Assembly: GCA_950097015.1 (NCBI GenBank)
Contig: CATNEN010000033.1
Location: forward strand, 2,046,001 to 2,110,000
DNA: 64,000 nt
Direction: 5' to 3'
Origin: Macrostomum hystrix
Lineage: Eukaryota; Animalia; Platyhelminthes
The notes beneath the pieces were generated by a model that was given only the letters and a program-made list of their open reading frames with translations, was not told the origin of the DNA and searched no databases. How positions within the stretch are numbered: position 1 is the first letter of the stretch; each line of letters begins with the position of its first letter. Both the position numbers and the translations under genes were made by a program. Shown piece after piece: positions 1 to 11,146 of the stretch.

Positions 1-1044
1 CCCAGCATACCGAGCAACGAATGCTGCTTGAAACTTTTGAACTCGCCTGTTTCTGCATCCGAGTAATGAGCGTCCTTCACATGGCTTTCAGAGTCAAACT
101 CTGCGCAACGCGATGTGCGTCGCCGCGACTTGCCTTTCTTTCCACGCATCAAAGCCGCGATCTTCTTTGCAGAGTTATCTAGGCTGTCGCTCATGCTCCT
201 TTTCTGCAAGTGTTCCGCAAGTCGACCGAGGTTCGACATCAGTGTGTAGGCCTGAGTGAAGCCATGACGCAGTACTCAATTTGAAAGGGATAAAGCATAT
301 TATTAAATTTACTGATGATATTACTTCTGCAGAATGTACTGTCAGGAAACACGTTGTCCACCTCTGTAATATCCTGGAGTTCGAGGCCAACATTAGTGAA
401 CCAAACGCCAATATTGACGGCCATTATGATGCTTAGCAATATCCAGGACCAGTTTAGATTTATTTGAATTGACTTTTGATAATATTTCATAAAGAATCGA
501 GTTTGAAGCACCGTAAAAAAAATAGAACACTCCGTTGGATAATCAGCAAAACGCCATGTTCTTCTAAAGTTTGCTGTTTAGCGTCCTTTTCCTTCAATGC
601 TAACTCTATTACTCCACACGATACCTCAATAACCATTGAGAGGTAGTTTGGAATGGCAAACAAAACGAACGTGGCAACAAACAGCGATGACGGAAGATTA
701 CAAAACTTGCTTGACGCGTCGATGCTGGCTGGGATATTTTCAAATACCTGTGCTCCTTTGATGACATACCCCTTTTTCATGTTGCCGGACTTAAGCACAA
801 AACACTCAAGCGTGAGAATGGCCACCGCCGCCAGTACTGAGAAGCTGCACCTGAATCCCACAGGTTCCCAGTGCACAACTCGGGTTGTATTGGCAAGTAA
901 ATTGCCAGTTTTATTCACCGCATCATTTTTAGCTGATTCGTAGGCGATCAGTTCCACGACAAAGGCCATGGATACAATGAAGAGCAGAATCGCAAAGCCG
1001 ATGATCTTCCAAACCGTATGCAAAGTCAATGGCTGCGACATGTC
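1..1044 (-). CDS. Otopetrin-like proton channel, internal exon(s), runs off the window edge; two 1-nt frameshifts (~515-522 and ~254)
   Basis: Acceptor ttgtag|GACATG at 1044. Adding one T to the T8 run (515-522) joins ORF 487-1041 to ORF 239-511, giving RSVLFFFTVLQTRFFMKY...IMAVNIGVWFTNVGLE...MLYPFQIEYCVMAS. One more base near 254 continues QAYTLMSNLG...FKQHSLLGMLG open to base 1. These resemble otopetrin segments (FTFxQ, NxxxW, LYPxxIEY); family call by motif recall. Confidence 0.6.
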
Positions 1045-1482
1045 CTACAAATGATGCGGAGCAAGGAAAGGTAATTAGATTACAATGTATCATAAATTAT
1101 TTTTTACTGTTTAATATTAGCTTCAATTATATGCGGCAGTTCAGAAGGAGTAACATTTGAACTTTAAAGTTAGTGACTTAAAATTTTAAATTATTTTTTG
1201 TATTTTGTGTTTTATTTTTGATTTTCAAATAATTAAAAGCAAACAGTACTCAGTTGCAGTAACTCTCCTAAGATCTCCTAAAATCCTAAGACTTTTTAGA
1301 CACCCGAGTGACTGAATTTGAAATACCCCATGGTCTTCCTATAGGCAGTTCTAAATAGAATTTCCAACCAATGACAGGCGGCTCGCCACAGCTTGTGCCA
1401 GTTTCGGATATTTACTATTAAGCAAAAGCAATTCAATTCAAGGCAAGCAAGAAGAGCGAATCCCTGACTAAGCGAATCGTTG

Positions 1483-2957
1483 CTATATAAAAAAAGATCC
1501 AGTTTGCTGTCTCACCATTGCGAAGCTCTCCGCTTTGCTTGCACTCCGCTTTGCTTTATCGACCGCCGCTTTCACGGCTGCAACATTGACGTAGTCGTGG
1601 CTAAGAGCGGCAGTTGCGGCCTCCACAAACATTCGCGCTGCTTCAGATGTGGCCTCCCTCGCGTCATCGATGGCTTTGTTGATGGCATCTGCATGCGCAG
1701 CTTCTGTGTCAGCTCTTGTCTTTTCAAGTTCTTGTGTCGCTGCAGCCGCCCTCAGTACGCACTCGGCCGCGTCGGCGACCAACCTGCCCACCGATTCGAG
1801 CTTAGTGGCTAAGCTCGAACCACTGAGAACACTTCGGCCATTTTCATAGCCACCCTTGCGGCTTCCTCCACTCTGCCTGCCGCCTGCAGTGCCAATTCTC
1901 CTGCTGTCCGCGCTGTCTCTTCTTGTTCGAAGCACTCGTCAACGAGCACTCGTACTTGGTCAGCTGCCTTCCTGATCTTCGCTTTCCATTCGCGCTCCAG
2001 GCTTTTCTGCAAGGGTGGTGGTTCGTCCTTTGATTTGTTCTGTTGAGACAATAATAATGGTTGGAGTTTGAGTATGCAGAGAATGGTGCACTCGTTTGAA
2101 AGGCCCTTCCCCTTGGATTTACCATAGACTAAATGCTCAATTTATACGCCTCTTTAACGCTGCGTATCAAGAGTGGATCTTGACTGCCGTGCAGAGCATT
2201 CCAACATGACTCTATTGCTGGGTGTTCTTTATTGCATTGTACTTCATTTAGACTCACGTCTAGCGCTGTAAGGATTCCGCCGATCTTGTTGACTCCGGGA
2301 TTAAACTTGTCAACATGCGGACCTGCGATCATGTTAGCCAGCCCGCTTGCCTCTGTGGCGATTTTCTCAGCTGCTCTCGCACAGGTGGACACAAGAATAG
2401 CGGCTGTCTCTGCAAGCTTCGGTCGCCTAGATTTTGCAGCATCGACAGCCGCCTGTGCTATCTCTTCTGTTGCTTCGAGCACTCGGACGAATTCTTTTGT
2501 TGCAGACTCCGTCACTCTGGCTGCATCTGCAGTGGCTGCATTCGCAGCGGCCGCAGCTGCAGCGGCAGCGCGATTCACGTCTCGCCTCAAGTCGGCCGTC
2601 TCCTCGGACACCCTGGCAGCTTTCTCTGCCGCACTGTGTGCCTCCCGTGCAACGCCCAGTGCTCTGGCCATAATGTCCGCCACTTTCTCCACCTCCTCGA
2701 CAGCCTGGACCTGATCGATTGCTGTGTTCTGCTCTGTTCTGAAGGCCTGGCTTGCTGCATCAGCCGCTTCAGCCGCCAAACGCACTAGTTGCTTTGCTTC
2801 CGTCATCGTCATGGATGTTTTCCAAACTAGACGCCTCTGTTCTCTCTCCAGAGAAGGCAGCCTTCCGTCAGGGCTCTGAAGTGAAAAGCGGGGCTATCCC
2901 ATTTTTGGTCGAAAAAAATGTTGAATTGCTACTCACAGTAGCGAGAGTCACTTCCAT
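1483..2957 (-). CDS. Spliced Ala/Glu-rich coiled-coil protein (~400 aa, two related halves), function unknown
   Basis: Exons 2957-2937 (MEVTLAT|gtgagt), 2875-2258 (ttcag|SPDGRLPSLERE...LTALD|gtgagt) and 2039-1483 (caacag|NKSKDEPPP...), all phase 0. One missing T at 1811-1812 joins ORF 1809-2051 to ORF 1483-1935 (VVRALATKLES). Both halves begin with SLERE. Confidence 0.6.
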
Positions 2958-3091
2958 TTCAAGCTCTCACACTTGATGCTTCAGGCAGCTTCAATAGCTA
3001 CTCAATACTCGTTCTAGCGGAGAGGACAACCTCCGTGCGAAGACACAGCAAATTTCAGCTAGCAAATATAGAAACACACAAAAGACGCAGG

Positions 3092-3092
3092 C

Positions 3093-3123
<31 letters not shown>
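3092..3123. repeat. (CAGA)n microsatellite
   Basis: About 8 perfect CAGA units. Confidence 0.95.
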
Positions 3124-3125
<2 letters not shown>

Positions 3126-3446
3126 CTCAGGCTGTGAGCATCAGGATTCTGCGTACCTGGGCTTGAGTGCCAGTCTGATGTCCCCAGCTGCGGCCAAAAA
3201 TCTCATCAATGTGTCGACGTTGTACACCTTGCTGAGACCCGCCTGCCTGCAATGGCCCGATGCTTAATCTGTGTGAGTTATTATTTAGTTTTAAAGGCAT
3301 TGCAAACACGAACTAAATATGCCCGCGACCTTTAAAATTAATATTCTGCGACCTACTTTTAGCTTGGCCAACCACACTTCTATAAGCGATGAATGTTCAA
3401 TGTTAAAATTAAGAATTTAACAACTGACCCCATCACATCTCAGATA

Positions 3447-3687
3447 CCATCTGATCACAGATCCCATCTGATCACAGATCCCATCTGATCACAGACCCCA
3501 TCTGATCCCAGATCCCATCTGATCCCAGATCCCATCTTGATCACAGATCCCATCTGATCACAGACCCCATCTGGTCACAGATCCCACCTTGATCACAGAT
3601 CCTATCTGATCCATGCAGATCCCATCTGATCACAGACCCCATCTGATCCCAGATCCCACCTTGATCACAGATCCCATCTGATCACAG
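3447..3687. repeat. 17-18 bp minisatellite (cccatctgatcacagat)
   Basis: About 13 units; the array ends exactly at the transposon left end. Confidence 0.9.
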
Positions 3688-3704
3688 CCCGGATAAAAAA
3701 AACA

Positions 3705-3870
3705 GACTAAACTTAGCAGGACTTGTAAGTCCCATACTAGCGACTTACCAAACTTACTAAGACTTACTATTATGCTTAAATTAGTAAGTCATGCTAAGTA
3801 CTTTGTAAGTCTTACAATGCTAAGTTGCTCTATTAAAACTTAGTAAGACTTGTTACGCACTTCATAAGTA
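3705..3870. repeat. Left subterminal repeats of the EnSpm element (CTTA-N-TAAG / GACTTA motifs)
   Basis: Repeated cttactaag, cttagtaag, gtaagtc, gacttac in both orientations. Confidence 0.75.
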
Positions 3871-5945
3871 TTATTACTCACTGTTTCAGCCAATGTTTTT
3901 CATTGAGCAGAAAAACTTCATTCATAAATTCTATTTTAGAAACCCCTCATAATTAAGCATATATGTTTAAAATAATTTTAGACGTGGTAGAAAACAGGAG
4001 TAAAAATGTTTTTGATCGCTGAAAAAAACTGCTTTCTCAGACAGACAAGATGGAAACAAAATTAATCTAGTGTTTACTGAAGATGTACAACTAATCGTAC
4101 ACTGACAATTTTAAGTATTCCAAATTCAGTTATTTAAACCCTGGTTCGTAGTTTGTATTTTATATTTTATTGAAGTGCTTGTTACACACGACTAGTGATC
4201 ATAATGCGGCTTGTAGACATAGTCATATTTTCTACAATCCTCGAGAACAAAAAAAACGATTAATATAATATATCCTAAAAACCCCAAGTTAAATCGTGGG
4301 ATCATGACATATTAAATAGGGAAAAAATGAAAAGCTTTAAACAAAAAAAATTTTTTTGTTACATGCATTGACGTCCCTTTTTTATTTTTATTTTAAACTA
4401 AGGAATCGGGTTTATTTTTGTTATTAACGAAAAGACGTTACATCTTTTTAAAAGTTTAAGTTCTGCATTCTGCAGCAAGTTCTTCATTTGTTCGAGGGTG
4501 ACTTTTAGAAACTGTCCTACAACGTAGGGTACGCAACACTGAATCTTCAGTGTTGTATGCTCTGTTGCCTTTTCAATTATTGACATAAATCTTTGTTAGC
4601 TTGTTTTACCTTGCAATTAACAAATTTCAACAACTATGATTTTTATAAGTACCATGTCATTGACATTAAGTATGAGACAAGACATGTCATGTCATGGATT
4701 AGAGTGGACTTACACTTAATACCACCATTATTTTTTAATGATTTATGCCTACTCATACCTAGGCACACTTAAGCTTATACTTATAGCATTTACTTATATA
4801 GTTATACCATGCAGTCTCTGATCTAAACCCAAATGTATACTGGAGAACTCTAGATCTAAACTATCCATATCTAAACTACAGTACATGGTATGGACTATGG
4901 TCTATATAGTTGAAAAGCACATTTGAAGTCATCAAATTGGAAATCAATCTTGTAGGCCCTATCCCTGCATCAGATGAATACCATGTCAATAGTCTATTTT
5001 AGCTATTGACACTGCCATGTCACAAGACTCACAACAAGACTTAAAAGTCAATTCTAGCCATAGTCTAGACTATAGATACAATGTTGATACTATCACAATC
5101 ATTACAATTTAGATTTAGCCATTAAAATAGATATATCTTCTAAGAAATGAACAAATTTCATGAATAGAACTATGTAGCTCCTTTTAGTTTCAAAGCATAA
5201 ATGTTTATGCCTATTCTTATCTAATTTGCCAATTTTCATTTTGGTAGCTATGGAGGGTAAAATTTACGTTACTTAACATATAAAGTATTGATATGTACAC
5301 TAGTGTCATTAATATTGGTTGGTTTAATAGCCTTTGTAATTAATTTTTAAGCCTATGGTTAGAAACATTTATGCCAAATATGAAGATAATGATATAGGCC
5401 TATTGTATAGACTATTATTTCAATGAAACCCATGGCTATTATATAACTTCTACTTATTTTTAGTATTTAAAATGATAGTGTTAGATCACTAGGGCCTAGG
5501 CCCCTATTATTATATTTTTTCTTGATATGACTAGTCTTGCAAAGTTGCATGTATCTATATAGGCTTTAAAGTTGTATTAACTTTGTTGATAGGTAAGGTG
5601 TCTATAGATAATGTTGCAGAGTTTCTATGATATAATTGTCCTATACTTCTTTTTTATGAGGATGAGTACTTTGTATCCTACAAATAGGCCTGTTATAGTA
5701 TTATACTCATGTTGACTAATTTAAAGCAGTTTTTAGTCATTAAAATGAGAAAGATAGAAAATAGTTTCTTATGACACAAGCATGCCAAAAGCTAAAAAAC
5801 ATTATGATTTATGGTCACAAGGCCTATTTTGCTTAATTTTATAACTTACTCTGCTATTATAACATTGCAACATTTTGTAATTGAACTTTTTGTTGACAAA
5901 AAATATAAAGAAATGACATTATCTCTTTTCTTTTCTAGACTCAAG

Positions 5946-8298
5946 ATGCCCAAAAGACTAGTGAATAAAACAAGGCGCTATAAAAAGCATAAGCATGTAA
6001 AGCATAAATATAAGGCTTCAAAGCCTGAGTCTAAAGATAGTACAAGTTCTAGCGAACAAAGTGGCAACCTAAGCACTAGTTCATTGATGTTAATGATTTC
6101 TATGGCTAGTGTGATGACAGTGCCATGCCATGTCCGACCTATCAATGATCCTAATTTATCCATGGCCCATGATGTTGAAATGGCAAGTTCTTCCTTGGCT
6201 CATGGAATTGAGTTTAGACCACGTAATACGTCATCACCAATTCCATTTGACAATGTGGAGCACTTTGAAGTGAACAGCAATCAATTAGACTCAACATCAT
6301 CATCTTCAAGTCTTTTGGATAATGAACTATATAAAGATGCTGATATTGGTGTAGAAACTTTCAAGGCCAATATTCTAAGAATTGCTACAAAGAATGGGAT
6401 CTCTGATGCTGGACTAAAAGATATTCTTGAGCTATTTGCTACTACACTGCCTATGCCTAACAAGTGCCCTACATTGTATCAACTCAAAAGGTCAGAATTA
6501 GATGACTTTATGACTGATGTTGAAGCAAAGAAAGCGTCTAATGGTGGTCATTATCTTATTCTAGATTTGGCTAAGCAAATTCAAATGCTTCTAGAAAGGT
6601 TTCCTGACATCCTTAGACTACCTGAAAGAAGGAAAACATCCAATGGCATTTGTGACATTCTTGATGGACAGTTTTTTTCTATCTATGAAGCAACCTGAAT
6701 CTGCTAATGTTCTTTATTGTCTTCTTAGTTGTGATGGTGTTGTACCTGCTCAAAAGTCTAAAGGATTTTCCATTTGGCCTATAACTCTAATTCCTATCAA
6801 CCTAGCTCCAATGTTTAGACAAAGGTTTGAGAATATTATCTTGGCCATGTTATATTATGGTGAAACGAAACCTATATTTGAGGAATTCATGAATGAAGTA
6901 GCTTTGCAACTTAATGCCTTTGTTCTTGAATTATCTGGCCATCCTGTTCATTTGAAGGTTATTGGCTTTGTAGCAGACTTGCCAGCCAAGGCAGCATGCT
7001 TACGGATGTTAGCCTTCAATGGCTATTTTGGATGCAACGTTTGTAAAGCCAAAGGAACTTACCTCAAAGAATTTAGGAAGATGACCTATCCAATAGAATC
7101 GGCAGAATTACGTGATGTGAAATCACACGCAAGGCACATGCAGATGGGAAGTGATAAAAGTCCAAAGTATGGAGTAAAAGGAATAACACCATTAGCTAAA
7201 GTCTTACCCATTCCTATTGCTGCTCCTTTTGATATCATGCATTTAGTCTACCTGGGTATAACCAAAACCCTAACAACTTTTTTATTAAGTAAAAATATCT
7301 TGTTTGAATCAACTGCATCAGTTCAACTTTGTACTCAAATTGTGGTTCCTACTAGTTTCAAACGTGGTCCAAGAGGATTGCAACACATTGCAAGATGGAA
7401 AGCAAATGAATGGAAATCATTCTTATTATACTTCTGTCTCCCAGTTGTATATTGCAATTGCAATTCTGTGCCAATCATCACATCATATGCACTTTTGTCA
7501 GCTGCAATCAATTTGCTATCATCATCATGTGTAGAAGAAAGACATATCAAAATTGCTGCTACATTGATTCATGGTTTTCAGACAATTATAAAACAGGAGT
7601 TTGGGCCTGGATCGATGACTTTTTCACTTCATGCACTTTGCCATCTGCCTGACCAAGTAGTGCAATTTGGGCCATTGTGGACTCATTCTGCCTTTAGCTT
7701 TGAAAGTTTTTATGGAAAGCTAACTAAATTTGTCACTGGATCCAAAGATGAGGCCAAAATTATTATTCGGCGATTTCTCCGTTTCCATTCCAATGTTATT
7801 GCACAGCAGACTAAGACTAGAAGTGATAAGCCTTGTATAAAGGACAAAGATGGAGTTACAGCCTTCCTAAAGAATCAGCTACACAAGCCAACATACAAAG
7901 AAGATGTCAATATGGAGTTTAGTGCTGTCACTGTCAATGGCAAAATGTTTAAGATAGACAAAAATGATCAAAAGAACCATGGAACATCATATTCCTTTGC
8001 ATTTTATGGTCTTCAGAGTCCAAAATTTGTTTGCATTAAGCAAATATTTCTTCTTAATAATGGTTTCCATTGTATGGTGGAACAATATGACAGCCAACCT
8101 GCTATCAAGATGTTTCTTAACTCTTCTGATCTATTCTACAATGAGTTGTTAGCATATTCTCAAGTGGCAATGATAACTCCTAGAAGCCAATGTCTTATCA
8201 AGTGTAGTACCTTGATTAATTATTTTGTTTCAGTTAAGTGTTCTAAGACAAATAGCCATTTTGCTATTCCTGTTGTGTCTGATTTTGAGCATGATTAA
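5946..8298 (+). CDS. EnSpm/CACTA (Tnp2-like) DDE transposase, +1 frameshift at T7 run 6672-6678
   Basis: Acceptor ttttctag at ~5938, then ATG 5946 (basic MPKRLVNKTRRYKKHK, NLS-like). Motifs CDILDG, SCDG...SIWPI, ADLPAKA...FNGYFGCNVC, DIMHLVYLG, WKANEW, HALCHL...FGPLWTHSAFSFES are typical of CACTA transposases. Confidence 0.9.
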
Positions 8299-8770
8299 TT
8301 CAATGAATTTATGTAATGAACTGACAAATTTAAAAGTCAATGCCTGTGCCCCAAAATTGTGTTTTCAATCAATTTGCTGACTACTGTCTAATCTATGCAT
8401 ATAGCTTTTCTTTTATTGGATGTTTAGACACCATTTCAGCTTTTAGCTACCTATAGAGTATTTGCTTTGTATTATATTCGTTGATAATCAGTTTCTTATG
8501 GTTATAAGCTATCAATGAAAAGGTAGTATAATTCAGTTAATAATGATCAAGTATTAAGCTTTGTAAATGCAGCAGCTCAGTTCAGAAAGTTGCCTGAAAT
8601 GCTCAATTGGAGAAGGTTTTTATCATATGGATATTTAATCCTAAATTTCCCTGTAACTTGTTGTGTGTCCTAAAATTTTCATTTTCACTAACCTTGTGCA
8701 ACTGCATGTTTAGAGACAAAATACGCATTGCAGCCACTTACTATCTGCTTCTACTGACTAATTTCAGCGA

Positions 8771-9763
8771 ATGTCCAGCCAATCAAAACAGAGGCCCAAT
8801 CGATTCGAGCTCATGACAGTGCGCTACATTCTTTTGTTCTGGGAGGCAGAACAGAAATACGAGCTGCTTCCATCCTCCTCTCTGTACTTCAAGACAGGTT
8901 CGAATCCTCAGAATTTGGCTGAAAACGATGTTGTGATGTTGCGGGATTCTTCTGTGGCTAAAGTGATTGCGATTGGCCCTGACCCTGCTGATATGCAGAA
9001 GTTACTGATCCGTCTTGAAAAGCGCCTCGCTAATGGTCGCCTTAACATATCTTCGGACAGCATGGGATTTTTGAATGCTACACAAAATTCGCAGTTGCTT
9101 GGTGCTGAAGAGGCCCGCGAGCAAAATCAAGCTGCAGAATGTGGATCGTCCATCATTGAAGAAAATGGAAATGATGACAGTGGTAGTAGCAGTGACAGTG
9201 AACATGAGGTTGCGCATGAAGTTGAGCATACAGATCCTTCTTTGCAAAATGCCTCACTGTCTCAGAGTGTCGGCGCCAGCAAATCCGAGTTACAAGTTCA
9301 TCTGCTTAGGGTGCAAGTGAGGCAGAATAAAGAGATGAATAAAACTTTGTCAGGAATTCTGAAGGAATTGAAGAAAGCAAACAAGCTGGCTCTGAAAGGT
9401 CGCGTAGCTGTTTCTGCCTCAGTGCCCGAGTCTGTTGACTCCACGCCACTTTTATTTGATGGAAAAGATCTAATGCAATGCGTTCGGCGAAATGCCCCCG
9501 CTTCAATGTTCGGAATTGAGGTTGCTCGGTGTCTTTGGACCGATGATGAATTGAAGGCTGGTCGGATCGGCGCTTGCAAACGGAACACAGGCAGACAAGC
9601 CCTTGACGAGGACAGGCAACGTATTTGGTTACAGGCTTGTAAGCAGAGGTTTGGAGACGACGAAGACATGCTCGATGAAGCAACTCAGGCCGTGAACCAG
9701 CTAGGACTGGACATCAAAAATAACCGGCGAGTGCGTCATCTCAACAAGAATCCTGCTGTCTAA
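8771..9763 (+). CDS. Second ORF of the transposon, 330 aa, C-terminal BEN-domain-like DNA-binding protein
   Basis: Intact ORF inside the TIRs: N-terminal YILLFW...ELLP motif, acidic linker, coiled coil, then FGIEVARCLWTDDEL...RQALDEDR...ACK...AVNQ, which resembles the BEN helical pattern (by eye). Confidence 0.6.
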   Translation: MSSQSKQRPNRFELMTVRYILLFWEAEQKYELLPSSSLYFKTGSNPQNLAENDVVMLRDSSVAKVIAIGPDPADMQKLLIRLEKRLANGRLNISSDSMGFLNATQNSQLLGAEEAREQNQAAECGSSIIEENGNDDSGSSSDSEHEVAHEVEHTDPSLQNASLSQSVGASKSELQVHLLRVQVRQNKEMNKTLSGILKELKKANKLALKGRVAVSASVPESVDSTPLLFDGKDLMQCVRRNAPASMFGIEVARCLWTDDELKAGRIGACKRNTGRQALDEDRQRIWLQACKQRFGDDEDMLDEATQAVNQLGLDIKNNRRVRHLNKNPAV

Positions 9764-10959
9764 CTGTGTAAACCACCCTAGTGTGTAGTCATCTTTTTGT
9801 GAAAACTGGCTTCTTTAATTAATGACTGTCTTCTTGCTTGATTTGTGTGCTGGGCTTTTGTCACATAATCATGTTAAGTAGGACAAATAAAAAACCTATA
9901 TTCCAAATTAAATTTGAATGAAATGTTTGTAGATTTATGCCAATCGCATGATGCTAAATAGATCATAAATGTCAAAATTACGAGTTAACTGATTTATAGT
10001 ACTGTAATCGATTTTTTCTACAATGGTTCATTTTGGGCGAGATGTTATGCATCGCTTTATATCTATATGTGAAACTGTCCGCAAACTTTCGCATAATGGT
10101 TTTTCTTCCAAAAAAGCTTCTTGTGACGTATCTAGCTGCCAGTGGCCCCAGTAAAGTTAAATCTGATTACACAAAATCTCTGAGGTAAGGTGGTTGAGAT
10201 GATCGTGCAGAATTGACCTCCAACTCTAACACCTCCACCAACCCTCTCCCCAACAATCACCCTTCCACCCTCTCCCTCTCCCCAAATCGCCCTCCATGTA
10301 GCCCCTACAAGAGATTGTATTCTTATACCAATGCCCGTGACAGTTTTTGAACTTCGGTACTCTACTTTTGGGCAATATAGACATAATATACTAGATTTCC
10401 AAACGAGTTCCATTAAATACATTTCCTGTCACTCGCATTCTATGCCAGAATTCCCTGGCTCATTCTGCCTGCATTTTGTATTTTTTAACTGTACTGTTTA
10501 CTTAACTTACTTTAAACTTATTATTTGCCAACTTTGTCGTCAAAAAGGAAATACATTTAGCATTTAATTTATTCTGCTCGTGTCCAATAGACAGTCCAGT
10601 GCTATTTACTTTGGATTAAAAACTGCCGAAATATTTTCCACGAAGTTTTTTCTTGTTACCTGCGACTGCCGACTGGGTTGCTTCAATGTGCATTGGAGTC
10701 AGTAAGTATAATTAAAGTCAATGAAGCCTATACAGAAAACCATTTAAGAAGATAATTTCTGGAGTTTTTGCCTATATTTACTCATAATCTTATCTGATCC
10801 TGTTCGATGGGCATATAGCCGCCTTCAATCACGGGCAGAGATACTTTAAACTGCATGCACATTGCCATTATAAATTAATATTGTTTAGCTCTTCGCCTGA
10901 CACCTATGACCTGTCTCTACATGTACAAAGTGCGTGATTAATATTATTAAGTTTTACAC

Positions 10960-11146
10960 ATAAACTTAGTAAGATGCGGCTAATGCTTAGAAGACTTACA
11001 ATGACTTATTAAGTTATACACTAAACTTAGTAAGATGTACCTAAAACTTACTTGACTTATAAAGTCTTATTAAGTAGTTGGTAAGTACTTCCAAGTACTT
11101 ACTAAGTTTAAAGCACATGACTTATTAAGTCTTAGTAAGTGTGGTA
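10960..11146. repeat. Right subterminal repeats of the EnSpm element
   Basis: aaacttagtaagatg twice, gacttattaagt repeated, cttagtaag and cttactaag. Confidence 0.75.

Noticed and set aside
6660-6700. Classical -1 programmed ribosomal frameshift in the transposase
   Set aside because: The required shift is +1 and there is no X-XXY-YYZ heptamer in frame; an indel is more likely.
4398-10567. Small ORFs inside the transposon (4398-4586, 10132-10422, 10331-10567) as a third gene
   Set aside because: They are short, AT-rich or low-complexity, with no motifs or convincing splice pattern.
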